From an uncultured Clostridium sp. (GTDB lineage: Bacteria > Bacillota > Clostridia > TANB77 > CAG-508): a DNA stretch of 64,000 nt. Positions within the stretch are counted from its first letter, which is position 1. Every line of letters begins with the position of its first letter. The position numbers and the translations under genes were made by a program. The notes below the pieces were generated by a model, which searched no databases, had not been told where the DNA came from, and saw only the letters and a program-made list of their open reading frames with translations. The stretch lies in assembly GCA_900553985.1 (NCBI GenBank), contig USFW01000003.1, forward strand, positions 31,492 to 95,491, written 5' to 3'. Shown here in pieces: positions 1 through 9,543 of this stretch.

Positions 1-1045
1 CAATTCCTCCTAATTCAAGGCATAGAGTTCCAAAAAAATAAATTAATTGTTTGTTGGAACTCATATCACACCATAAGTTATTTCCAGGGATATATCCATA
101 AGAATAAGGTATTTCAGAAAAAGAACAATTAGCCTTTGAGCCTTTACCCCAATAGTTATAATCAAAAACTCTAGATTTTAGAAATGACTTATCGATATTG
201 CCTTCTGTTGTAACCATAAGAGCTTCTGTTTTCTTTATGGAATTATCAATAATAGCCTGTTTACCTGAAATTTTACCTCCTGTTTGAAAACTAGTATCAG
301 GATAAGAATTATAGTTACAATATTTTATTAAAATATTAGTAGCTTTTTCTATTGATACAAAAACCTCAGAAGAATTTTCAGCATAATCTGTTATATTTAA
401 AGGATAATATATTGGAGAAGTAAAAACTTTACTTAAGCTAGTTGAAGAACCATTTAAATTCCAACCAGACAAAGGCCTAAGATTTTCATTAGAATTAATT
501 ATTGCATTAGATTTTTTATCTTGAATAAGATTTTCAGAAAATGTGAATTCAGGAGCAATATTGTCTATAATAATTCCAGTATCAAATGTTTTTTCAGAAT
601 TAACTTGATTAGAAGAATCTATTAAAATACCTTTTGGAAAAAACATATTTAATTTGCCATTTCCTTCGACATTTGTAATAGTAATTTTATAGGTTTTATC
701 AATAGGATTATCAGAAATTAATTTTAAATCTAAAATTTGAGGATAAATAAATTGATTATCAATTTTAAATTTAATAGTTTGCTTATTTATATTATTTATA
801 AGTAGATTTTTTTCAGTAATTTTAAAAGTAAATGATAATGTATGAGTTTTATTAGCATATTTTTCGTAACCTTTATTGGTATTAGTGCTATTAATAAATT
901 GTATATAAGGCTTAAGAATATCTATATTAATATTTGCTACAACGGTAGTATCATCAAAGATATACTTGGCAAAAGAAATATTTGATATAAAAGGTAAGAA
1001 AAATAGAATGAAAAATGTTATTATAAAAAAATAGAATTTTTTCAA
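1..1045 (-). CDS. secreted protein, N-terminal part only (gene runs off the left edge)
   Basis: My manual reverse-complement translation is open from 1045 to position 1. TTG start at 1045, 7 nt after GGAGG (1053-1057). N-terminus LKKFYFFIITFFILFFLPFISNISFA looks like a signal peptide. Later segments (IIDNIAPEF, ITDYAENSS) resemble bacterial Ig-like surface domains. Not in the supplied ORF track because it is truncated. Confidence 0.6.
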   Translation of the reverse strand, partial: MKKFYFFIITFFILFFLPFISNISFAKYIFDDTTVVANINIDILKPYIQFINSTNTNKGYEKYANKTHTLSFTFKITEKNLLINNINKQTIKFKIDNQFIYPQILDLKLISDNPIDKTYKITITNVEGNGKLNMFFPKGILIDSSNQVNSEKTFDTGIIIDNIAPEFTFSENLIQDKKSNAIINSNENLRPLSGWNLNGSSTSLSKVFTSPIYYPLNITDYAENSSEVFVSIEKATNILIKYCNYNSYPDTSFQTGGKISGKQAIIDNSIKKTEALMVTTEGNIDKSFLKSRVFDYNYWGKGSKANCSFSEIPYSYGYIPGNNLWCDMSSNKQLIYFFGTLCLELGGI

Positions 1046-1313
1046 AAAAATACCTCCTAAAATTAATTTTGAATAAAAATATAAAAATAAAGAATATGAA
1101 ATATAATTTTATTATAATTACAAAAATTGTAAATGTCAAGAATATAATATTTTATATTGAAAGTTTTTTATTGGTTTGTTGCTAATTTGTTTTTAATATA
1201 ATGGAGAAGTCGTTAATAAATAATTGAAAAAAAGTAATTGCTTAAATATAGGGCATTTGAAAACTCTTTGTCGAATTTTGCGATGAAAAAATGTAGAAAA
1301 TAATTAAAAAATA

Positions 1314-1342
1314 TTGACAATTACAAAAAATGGAATTAAAAT
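1314..1342 (+). promoter_or_regulatory. sigma-A-type promoter candidate for the sipW/TasA-like operon
   Basis: TTGACA (1314-1319), 17-nt spacer, TAAAAT (1337-1342). About 125 nt upstream of the first gene. Confidence 0.4.
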
Positions 1343-1467
1343 GTAATTAATTTCAAATTTCTTAATAATTCAAAATTTTTAAAGTCAATTTAACTTAAAT
1401 CAAAGTTTTTAATCAAATTAATCAGATTAAAGCAAACCAAAATTTAATAAAAAGGAGGAATGAATAT

Positions 1468-2052
1468 TTGAGTAAAAAGAAAAAAATAATAATTATAGTT
1501 TCAGTTTTACTTGCAATATTATTATCATTCATAGGAGGAAAAACATTTTCTAAATATTTAACACAAGTCAAAGGTGAAGGAGTTGCAGAGATAGCAAGTT
1601 GGGATTTTAAAGTTAATGGAAAAACAGATGAAGTTCAAACTATAAATTTATCTTCAACTTTTGATAATGAAACTTTGATAGGAAATAAAATAGCACCTGG
1701 AACAAAGGGAAGCTTTAATATAAATTTAGATGCAACAGGTTCTGAAGTAGGAATAAACTATAAAGTTACATTTGATGGAGAAACACAAAAACCAACTAAC
1801 TTAAAATTCAAATATAATGATACAAGCTATAATTCTATTAAAGAATTAGAAAGTGCATTAACTGGAACAATTAATGCAAATGATTCTGAAAAAACAAAAA
1901 CATTTACAATAAATTGGGAATGGCCTTTTGAAACAGGTTCTAATACAAGTGAAATTAATCAAAATGACAAAATAGATACACAAGAAGCACAAACGATTTC
2001 AAATTACACATTTAATGTAAATGTACAAGGTGTACAAGTTTCACCTAAATAA
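1468..2052 (+). CDS. TasA/camelysin-like secreted protein with a SipW-type signal peptide
   Basis: TTG start 9 nt after GGAGG. N-terminal K-rich segment, hydrophobic helix, then GGKTFSKY, resembling the GGGTWAAF SipW-cognate motif of TasA. Directly upstream of a SipW-type peptidase gene. Shares the IAPGTKG(S/H)F motif with ORF 3147-3767. Confidence 0.6.
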   Translation: MSKKKKIIIIVSVLLAILLSFIGGKTFSKYLTQVKGEGVAEIASWDFKVNGKTDEVQTINLSSTFDNETLIGNKIAPGTKGSFNINLDATGSEVGINYKVTFDGETQKPTNLKFKYNDTSYNSIKELESALTGTINANDSEKTKTFTINWEWPFETGSNTSEINQNDKIDTQEAQTISNYTFNVNVQGVQVSPK

Positions 2053-2075
2053 TAAGTGAATAAGAAATAAGGAAT

Positions 2076-2447
2076 ATGAATAAAAAAAATATATATAATA
2101 TAGTTTTAATAATATCAATAATTTCAATCATAAGTTTAATTTATATCAAATTTTTTTCTAAAAATATTAATATCAAGCCATTCGGCATAGAAATTTTAAG
2201 GGTAGAATCAGATAGTATGAAACCAGAATTTAGTAAAGGAGATATCATAATAATTCAAGAAAAAAAGGAATATGAGGTAAATGATATTATTACATTTCAA
2301 TTGACTGATACTGAAAAGATAACTCATAGAATTATTGAGAAAAATGAAAATACATATTATACAAAAGGAGACAATAATAATGCAAAAGATGAAACTGGAA
2401 TCCAAAAAGATGATATTCTAGGGAAAGTAATATATATTTTCAATTAA
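2076..2447 (+). CDS. sipW: signal peptidase I, SipW (archaeal/ER) type
   Basis: Single N-terminal TM helix. SDSMKPEF catalytic-Ser box, GDIIII, THRII and TKGDNN motifs typical of SipW-type peptidases. Confidence 0.8.
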   Translation: MNKKNIYNIVLIISIISIISLIYIKFFSKNINIKPFGIEILRVESDSMKPEFSKGDIIIIQEKKEYEVNDIITFQLTDTEKITHRIIEKNENTYYTKGDNNNAKDETGIQKDDILGKVIYIFN

Positions 2448-2477
2448 AAGGAGGATGAGTTACAATATTGTTTTCAT

Positions 2478-3134
2478 ATGAATAAAAAAATTACAGATAA
2501 ATTAAAAAAGATAAAAAACATAAAAAAAGAAAAAATTTTTAATAAAATTCCCAAAAATAATTCTCCCAATAATATAGCTAAAATTAATAAAGCTAAAATA
2601 AATAAATCTGAATTCAATATAGCTAAGACAATATTTTCTAACAAGGCAATCAATAAAAAGTACATACTTTTATTTCTATTATTTATAATCTTAATCATAT
2701 TTTTATTTTCAAAAAATAGTTTAGGAAAGCAAATGTCTAATACTAAAATAAATACAAATTCAGAAATAGCAAAACCAATATTAATAGTCGAAAATAATCC
2801 AGCAATAGATATAACAAATAAAAACAATAAAGGATATTATGACTTTAAAATAAAAAATTATAATGAACTAGGCGAGATTAATGAAATTGAATTAAGATAT
2901 AATATAGAAATATTGAATGAAGAAAATAAAGCAATTAAATTTAAACTGTATAAAGGTGAAGAGGAATTACTATTAGAAAAAAATAAAACAAAAGATATGA
3001 TTATTAAGAAGAATGAAAAACAAGAAGAAAATTATAAACTAGAAATTACATATGATAAAAATTTAGTAAGCTCATTAGAAGATATAATCCAAAATGTACA
3101 AATAAAAGTACACTCTGAACAACTAAAATCATAA
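2478..3134 (+). CDS. membrane-anchored protein of the sipW operon, unknown function
   Basis: About 60 aa Lys/Asn-rich cytoplasmic N-terminus, one TM helix (YILLFLLFIILIIFLF), then a beta-rich extracytoplasmic domain. Tightly packed with neighbouring genes. Confidence 0.55.
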   Translation: MNKKITDKLKKIKNIKKEKIFNKIPKNNSPNNIAKINKAKINKSEFNIAKTIFSNKAINKKYILLFLLFIILIIFLFSKNSLGKQMSNTKINTNSEIAKPILIVENNPAIDITNKNNKGYYDFKIKNYNELGEINEIELRYNIEILNEENKAIKFKLYKGEEELLLEKNKTKDMIIKKNEKQEENYKLEITYDKNLVSSLEDIIQNVQIKVHSEQLKS

Positions 3135-3146
3135 ATGGAGGCACTA

Positions 3147-3767
3147 ATGAAAAATAAGAGAAATAAAAAAATAATAAGTTTAATAATCGTAATTTTAATA
3201 GTAATAATTTTGATATTTTGTATTCTACAAAAAAGTAATTTCTTTCAAGATAATTTAATATTTTTTAAAATTTTAAATTCAAGTAATATTAATGAAAATT
3301 CACAAAATGACCATATATTTTATAATAATATAGCTGAATATAAAGAACAAAATAATCCATTGTTTTTCTATGTGACATATAATGAAACAAAGTTTAAAAG
3401 TATAAATTTACTGGATACAATAGATAAAAAAACATTAGTAAAAGAAAAAATAGCACCAGGAACAAAAGGTCATTTTGAGATAGTTTTAATCAGTAATAGA
3501 GATATAAATTATAAAATTATTTTTGAAAATCTAAATGAAAAGCCCCAAAATTTAGTATTTTCAATTAAAGGAAGTGATAGAGAATATAATAATCTAAATG
3601 AATTACAACAAGAATTAATAGGAAATTTAGAAAAAAATAAAGTAAAAAGAATAGATGTAAATTGGAGATGGAAATATGAAAATAATTTAGCAGATAATTT
3701 ACAAGATACAAAAGATGGAACAAGTTTAGATATGTATAAATTTAATATATATACAGTGTCATATTAA
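3147..3767 (+). CDS. TasA-like paralogue (secreted or anchored)
   Basis: The ATG at 3147 lies 5 nt after GGAGG (3137-3141). The ORF-track start at 3135 has no SD. N-terminal TM/signal segment. IAPGTKGHF and NW.W.YE motifs are shared with ORF 1468-2052. Confidence 0.55.
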   Translation: MKNKRNKKIISLIIVILIVIILIFCILQKSNFFQDNLIFFKILNSSNINENSQNDHIFYNNIAEYKEQNNPLFFYVTYNETKFKSINLLDTIDKKTLVKEKIAPGTKGHFEIVLISNRDINYKIIFENLNEKPQNLVFSIKGSDREYNNLNELQQELIGNLEKNKVKRIDVNWRWKYENNLADNLQDTKDGTSLDMYKFNIYTVSY

Positions 3768-3816
3768 AAAATTGATTTTAAAGAGTAAGATTAAAAAGTT
3801 AATATAAAAGATAAAG

Positions 3817-3855
3817 ACAAGATAAAATGTTTAAAAGCATTTTATCTTGTTTTTA
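3817..3855 (+). terminator. intrinsic terminator of the sipW operon
   Basis: ACAAGATAAAATG / CATTTTATCTTGT stem followed by a T-run. Confidence 0.6.
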
Positions 3856-3930
3856 TTGAGAAAAAATTATAAAACTATTTAATTTATTCTTCAAATATGC
3901 TAATATAAATAAAATTAAAGGAGGAAAAAG

Positions 3931-4371
3931 ATGAATAGAATAAGAGTCGCAGGAATAGTACCATTAAAAAATGGATTTGCATTTATGCACAGAAAAGATG
4001 TTATAAAAAGAAAAGATTTTCAAGACTATTATACATTCCCAGGAGGAGGACTAGAAGAAGGAGAAACATTAGAAGAAGGAACAATTAGAGAAATAAAAGA
4101 AGAATTTGGAATAAATGTAAAAATAGTAAAAAAACTTTATGAAATGAAGTCAGGAAAACTAAATCAAGAAGAATACTTTTTTCTTTGTGAGTATATAGAT
4201 GGAGAATTTGGAACAGGAAATGGACCAGAATATAATAATGACCCTAAATATATTGATAGTGGAAAATATATACCTGAAATAATTAATAGAGAAGATGTAG
4301 AAAAAATATTATTGCTACCAATAGAAATAAAAGAAAAATTGGTAGAAGACATAAAAAGAAAAAATATTTAA
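3931..4371 (+). CDS. NUDIX hydrolase
   Basis: Nudix box GGGLEEGETLEEGTIREIKEEFG (GX5EX7REUXEEXGU). Confidence 0.85.
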   Translation: MNRIRVAGIVPLKNGFAFMHRKDVIKRKDFQDYYTFPGGGLEEGETLEEGTIREIKEEFGINVKIVKKLYEMKSGKLNQEEYFFLCEYIDGEFGTGNGPEYNNDPKYIDSGKYIPEIINREDVEKILLLPIEIKEKLVEDIKRKNI

Positions 4372-4408
4372 ACAATTGTTTGACATTTATTTGTTTGTAT
4401 GATATTAT
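4370..4408 (+). promoter_or_regulatory. lexA promoter with a candidate LexA (Cheo-type) operator
   Basis: 12-bp perfect palindrome AAACAATTGTTT (4370-4381) overlaps the -35 TTGACA (4380-4385). 17-nt spacer, then TATTAT (4403-4408). Resembles GAAC-N4-GTTC with outer G/C replaced by A/T. Confidence 0.45.
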
Positions 4409-4438
4409 GTAGGAAAATATGAGAATGGAGTGAATAAA

Positions 4439-5089
4439 ATGCCAAAAAAGAAACCTGAATTAAATAGGAGAGAAAAGTCAATATTAAATTTTATTGAAAA
4501 ACAAATAATGACACAAGGTTATCCACCATCAGTAAGAGAAATTGGAAAAGCTGTTGGACTAAGCTCAACAGCAACAGTTCATGGATATTTAGCAAAATTA
4601 GAGGAAAAAGGGTATATAAAGAAAAAGGATAAAAAAGGAAGAACTTTAAGATTGTTAAAAGGTTCATCAGGAGAAGAGAAAGTAATGTCTAGTAAAGACT
4701 TTTATACTCAAAAAGAATTAGTAGAAGTTCCAATTATAGGAAGAATAACAGCAGGAGAGCCAATTTTGGCAGTAGAAAATGTAACAGATACATTTCCAAT
4801 TCCAATAGACTTTGTTGGAAATTCAGAAAGTTTTATGCTAACTGTTAGAGGAGAAAGCATGATAGAAGCTGGTATTTTAGACGGTGATTATATTTTGGTA
4901 AAAAAACAAAATTCTGCACAAAATGGAGAGATTGTTGTTGCTCTAATAGGAGATGAAGCGACGGTAAAGACATTTTATAAAGAAAAAGACCATATTAGAT
5001 TACAACCAGAAAATTCTACAATGGACCCTATTATAGTACCAAACTGTGAAATTCTTGGAAAAGTTGCAGGTGTATTTAGAAAGATGTAA
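4439..5089 (+). CDS. lexA: LexA repressor
   Basis: Winged-HTH N-terminus ([34 protein letters not shown]), an AG cleavage region, and an S24 peptidase C-terminus (GESM...K). The ATG at 4439 is 8 nt after GGAG. Confidence 0.95.
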   Translation: MPKKKPELNRREKSILNFIEKQIMTQGYPPSVREIGKAVGLSSTATVHGYLAKLEEKGYIKKKDKKGRTLRLLKGSSGEEKVMSSKDFYTQKELVEVPIIGRITAGEPILAVENVTDTFPIPIDFVGNSESFMLTVRGESMIEAGILDGDYILVKKQNSAQNGEIVVALIGDEATVKTFYKEKDHIRLQPENSTMDPIIVPNCEILGKVAGVFRKM

Positions 5090-5115
5090 TTCACAGAAAA
5101 TTCACAATTAAATTA

Positions 5116-5163
5116 TTGACAAATGACACTGTGTCACATATAATTATGAGTACAGTGTCATTT
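5116..5163 (+). promoter_or_regulatory. promoter with a palindromic operator in the spacer; also a possible lexA terminator hairpin
   Basis: TTGACA (5116-5121), 17 nt, TATAAT (5139-5144). The spacer holds the 13-bp palindrome TGACACTGTGTCA (5124-5136). AAATGACACTGT (5121-5132) also pairs with ACAGTGTCATTT (5152-5163), which is followed by T-rich sequence. Confidence 0.4.
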
Positions 5164-5333
5164 TATTTATTGTTATAGCAAAACGAATTTAATATTAGAA
5201 ATATGTGATTTATAGTCATATAAATTAGTTGATAAAACAAGATGAAATCTCATAATTAAAAAAAGTTAAATAAAAATTATAAGGTTTATAGGTAGCCATT
5301 AAAAACCTAAATATATTATAAAAGGAGAAGAAA

Positions 5334-7601
5334 ATGCTAAAAGTCTTAAAAAATTTAAAGAAAACTTTAGGTTCTGTAATTGCAATAGTAATATTACTTT
5401 GTATCCAAGCAACTACTGATTTAGCATTACCAGATTATACATCAAAAATAGTTAATATCGGAATACAAGCAGGTGGAATTGAAAATGCAGTACCAAAATT
5501 AATTTCTAAGGCAGATATGGAAAAAACACTGCTATTTACAGAAAATGATGAGGAAATTTTAAGTAATTATACATTATTAGGAGAAGAAAAGAATAAAGAG
5601 CAAGAAAAAATCCTAAACAAATATTTAGGAAAAGATTATAATGTAGAACCAAATACAATTTATGTTTTAAATGATGTAAATGAAGAAACTGAGAATAACT
5701 TAGAAAAGGATTTAGCTGGTGCTTTAATGGGAGCAACTGCAATTTCTAATGAAGAAACAGCAAATCAAATAAAACAAAAAATATTAGAAAATGTTCAAGA
5801 ACCACAAAAAACATATATGCAAAATAAGAGTTTAGTAGAGTTAATATCTAATATGCCAGAAGAACAAAAAAATCAAGTTTTACAAGAATTTACTAAAAAA
5901 ATAGATGAAATGAATGATTCGATAAAAGAGCAAGGAGCAGTTTCAGCAGTAAAGCAATTATACAAAGATTTAGGTGTTAATACAGATAAACTTCAAAATG
6001 ATTATATATTATTAGCAGGATTACAAATGCTAGGAGTAGCATCAATAACAATGATCTCAGCAGTATCAATTATGCTTTTATCAGCAAGAGTTGCTGCTAT
6101 GTTAGGAAAAACTTTAAGAGAAAAAGTATTCAAAAAAGTTTCTCAATTTTCAAATGCAGAATTAAATGAATTTTCAACAGCATCGTTGATAACAAGAAGT
6201 ACAAATGATGTGCAACAAATTCAACAATTAATAACTTTATTATTTAGAGTAGTTGTTTATGCACCAATTATTGGTATAGGTGGATTTGTAAAAGTACTTA
6301 CAGAAACAGATAATTCAATGGCTTGGATTATAGGAATAGCAATATTTGCAATTTTAGTAATTGTTGCAACATTATTTGCAGTAGCAATGCCAAAATTCAA
6401 AAAATTACAAGAATTAACAGATAAATTAAATGAGGTTACAAGAGAAATATTAACAGGAATTCCAGTAATAAGAGCTTTCCATAAAGAAAAAAAAGAAGAA
6501 AAAAGATTTGATGATGCAAATAAAGATTTAATGAAAACAAATGTCTTTGTAAATAGAGCAATGTCACTAATGATGCCTTTATTGATGTTTGTTATGAATG
6601 CAATAATGATTTTAATAGTTTGGGTTGGAGGTCACAAAATAGACGAAGGAATTATGCAAGTTGGAGATATGATGGCATTTATACAATATACAATGCAAAT
6701 CGTAATGTCATTCTTGATGATTTCAATGGTTTCAATTATGCTTCCAAGAGCATCAGTTTCAGCAAAACGTATAAATCAAGTTCTTGAAACAGAGCCTTTA
6801 ATTAAGGATAAAAAAGAAACAAAGAAATTAGACCCAAGCAAAAAAGGATTAGTAGAATTTAAAAATGTTTCATTCAGATATCCAGATGCTGATACAGAAA
6901 TATTAGAAGATATAGATTTTATAGCAGAGCCTGGAAAAACTACTGCAATAATAGGAAGTACAGGTAGTGGAAAATCAACAGTAGTAAATTTAATACCAAG
7001 ATTTTATGATGTAACAGAAGGAGAATTATATGTTGACGGTGTAAATGTAAAGGATGTATCACAAAAAGAATTAAGAGATGCCATAGGATTTGTACCACAA
7101 AAAGGAACATTATTTTCTGGAACAATAGAATCAAATATTAAATATTCAGATGAAAATATGTCAGATGAACAAATGATAAGCGCTGCAGAAATTGCCCAAG
7201 CAACAGAATTTATAGAGAATAAAGAAGAAAAATACAAATCACCAATTTCACAAGGTGGTGGAAATGTATCAGGAGGTCAAAAGCAAAGAATATCTATTGC
7301 AAGAGCCATTGCAAAGAATCCAGAAATATTTGTATTTGATGATAGTTTTTCTGCATTAGACTTCAAAACTGATAGTAAATTAAGAGAAGCTTTAGCAGAA
7401 AAAACAGAAAATAAGACTGTAATAATCGTAGCTCAAAGAATAAGCACAATATTAAATGCAGATAAAATTATAGTATTAGAAGAAGGTAAAATGGTAGGAG
7501 AAGGAACTCACGAAGAACTTATGAAAAATAATGAAACATATAGACAAATTGCACTATCACAATTATCTGAAGAAGAATTAGGACAGAAAGGAGGAGAATA
7601 A
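5334..7601 (+). CDS. ABC exporter, fused permease/ATPase, with a large insertion between TM1 and TM2
   Basis: Walker A GSTGSGKST, signature VSGGQKQR, Walker B IFVFDD. Six-TM exporter core. About 165 aa of polar sequence lie between TM1 and the next hydrophobic helix. Confidence 0.9.
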   Translation: MLKVLKNLKKTLGSVIAIVILLCIQATTDLALPDYTSKIVNIGIQAGGIENAVPKLISKADMEKTLLFTENDEEILSNYTLLGEEKNKEQEKILNKYLGKDYNVEPNTIYVLNDVNEETENNLEKDLAGALMGATAISNEETANQIKQKILENVQEPQKTYMQNKSLVELISNMPEEQKNQVLQEFTKKIDEMNDSIKEQGAVSAVKQLYKDLGVNTDKLQNDYILLAGLQMLGVASITMISAVSIMLLSARVAAMLGKTLREKVFKKVSQFSNAELNEFSTASLITRSTNDVQQIQQLITLLFRVVVYAPIIGIGGFVKVLTETDNSMAWIIGIAIFAILVIVATLFAVAMPKFKKLQELTDKLNEVTREILTGIPVIRAFHKEKKEEKRFDDANKDLMKTNVFVNRAMSLMMPLLMFVMNAIMILIVWVGGHKIDEGIMQVGDMMAFIQYTMQIVMSFLMISMVSIMLPRASVSAKRINQVLETEPLIKDKKETKKLDPSKKGLVEFKNVSFRYPDADTEILEDIDFIAEPGKTTAIIGSTGSGKSTVVNLIPRFYDVTEGELYVDGVNVKDVSQKELRDAIGFVPQKGTLFSGTIESNIKYSDENMSDEQMISAAEIAQATEFIENKEEKYKSPISQGGGNVSGGQKQRISIARAIAKNPEIFVFDDSFSALDFKTDSKLREALAEKTENKTVIIVAQRISTILNADKIIVLEEGKMVGEGTHEELMKNNETYRQIALSQLSEEELGQKGGE

Positions 7602-9432
7602 ATGCCAGGACCAATGGGAGGACCTATGGGAAAAGGTCATAGAAGTACAGAAAAAGCCAAAGACTTTAAGAAAACTACAAAAAAATTAATAAAATCTTAT
7701 CTTTCAAAATATAAAGCAGCAATATTTTTTGTAATACTATTTGCGATAGGAAGTACGATATTTACTATTGTAGGGCCAAAAATATTAGGAAATGCAACAA
7801 CAGAAATATTCAATGGTTTAATGGGGAAGATAAATGGTGGAGCAGGAATTGATTTTGGAAAAATAGGACAAATAGCATTAATTTTATTAGGACTATATAT
7901 AATAAGCACTATATTTTCAATTATACAAGGTTTTGCAATGACTACAGTATCACAAAAAATTACATATAAATTAAGAAATGATATAGCAATAAAAATAAAT
8001 AAATTACCTATGAAATATTTTGATAAAAGAACTAATGGAGAAGTTTTATCAGTAATAACAAATGATATTGACACATTAAGCATGAACTTAAATCAAAGTA
8101 TAACACAAATTATTACATCAATTTGCACAATAATAGGAATACTTGTAATGATGTTTTCAATAAGTTGGCAGATGACATTGATATCATTAATAATATTCCC
8201 AATAGCAGGTTTTTTAATAAAATCAATAGTTGAAAAATCACAAAAATACTTCAAAAATCAACAAGACTACTTAGGTCATGTTAATGGTCAAGTAGAAGAA
8301 GTATATAGTGGATTAAATATAGTAAAAGTATTTAATGCAGAAAAAAAGGTAACAGATGAATTTGAAAAAGCAAATAATGAATTATACAGGTCTGCTTGGA
8401 AATCTCAATTCCTTTCAGGATTAATGTTTCCAGTAATGAACTTTATATCTAACATAGGATATGTGGGAGTAGCAGTAGCAGGAGGATATTTAGCAATAAG
8501 AGGGACAATAACAGTAGGAAATATACAAAGTTTTATACAATATAATAAACAATTTACTCGGGCCAATTAATCAACTTGCACAAATATCAAGTATGTTACA
8601 AGCAATGGCAGCCTCAGCAGAAAGAATTTTTGAATTTTTAGAAGAACCAGAAGAAGTGGTAACTTCAAAAGGAAATATAGATACTTTTAAATTACAAGGT
8701 AATGTAGAATTTAGAAATGTAAAATTTGGATATGACGAAAATAAAACAATAATTAATAATTTTAATGCTAAAGTAAAAGAAGGACAAAAGATAGCAATAG
8801 TAGGGCCAACAGGAGCAGGAAAAACAACAATGGTAAAATTATTAATGAGATTTTATGATGTAACAGAAGGTGAAATATTAGTAGATGGACATAATGTAAA
8901 AGATTTTGATAGAGGAGAACTTCGTAAGATGTTCGGAATGGTACTACAAGATACATGGCTATTTGGAGGAACAGTAAAAGACAATATAAAATATAGTAAA
9001 GAAGAAGCAACAGATACAGAAGTAATCGGAGCAGCTAAAGCAGCTCACGTTCACCACTTTATAAAAACATTGCCTAATGGATATAATTCATTGATAAATG
9101 AAGAATCAACTAATATATCAGCAGGTCAAAAACAATTATTAACAATAGCGAGAGTAATATTAGCAGATCCAAAGATATTAATATTAGATGAGGCGACAAG
9201 TTCAATAGATACAAGAACAGAAATACAAATTCAATCAGCAATGGATAACTTAATGAAAGGAAGAACAAGCTTCATAATTGCACATAGATTATCAACAATA
9301 AAAAATGCAGATTTAATATTAGTAATGAACCATGGAGATATAGTAGAACAAGGAACACATGAAGAATTATTAGCTAAAAATGGATTTTATGCTGATTTAT
9401 ATAATAGTCAATTTGATGAAGGGGAAGAGTAG
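7602..9432 (+). pseudogene. ABC exporter permease/ATPase (partner subunit) split by a 1-nt frameshift
   Basis: ORF 7602-8570 encodes the TMD and ORF 8593-9432 encodes the NBD (GPTGAGKTT, SAGQKQL, ILILDEATS). Deleting one base in CGGGCC (8559-8564) restores ...QFTRPINQLAQISSMLQAMAASAERIF..., the normal TMD-NBD linker. Confidence 0.8.
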
Positions 9433-9463
9433 AAAATCTTAATAAAATTTAAAAATAAAGATG

Positions 9464-9511
9464 AATAGGCAGTCTCAGAAATATTTTTATATTCTAGGAC
9501 CGCCTATTTTT
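9464..9511. terminator. bidirectional terminator hairpin between convergent genes
   Basis: AATAGGCAGTCTCAGAA / TTCTAGGACCGCCTATT imperfect stem with flanking T/A runs. Confidence 0.5.
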
Positions 9512-9543
9512 AAATTAAATATTTAATTTAAAAATTTCTATGA

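Noticed and set aside
954-1139. Many antisense or overlapping ORFs appear in the supplied track. Examples are 954-1139, 2208-2405, 2474-2827, 7697-8083, 16308-16751, 25221-25628, 30322-30768, 34524-34901 and 57596-57967.
   Set aside because: They lie opposite or inside strongly supported genes. They encode Leu/Phe/Ile/Tyr-rich low-complexity strings, as expected from the reverse frames of AT-rich coding DNA, and they lack SD sequences.
1343-1467. Repeated (A/T)TCAAA(T/A)TT strings in the long 5' leader of the sipW operon could be regulator sites.
   Set aside because: The spacing is irregular. The strings are indistinguishable from A/T-tract low complexity in this genome.
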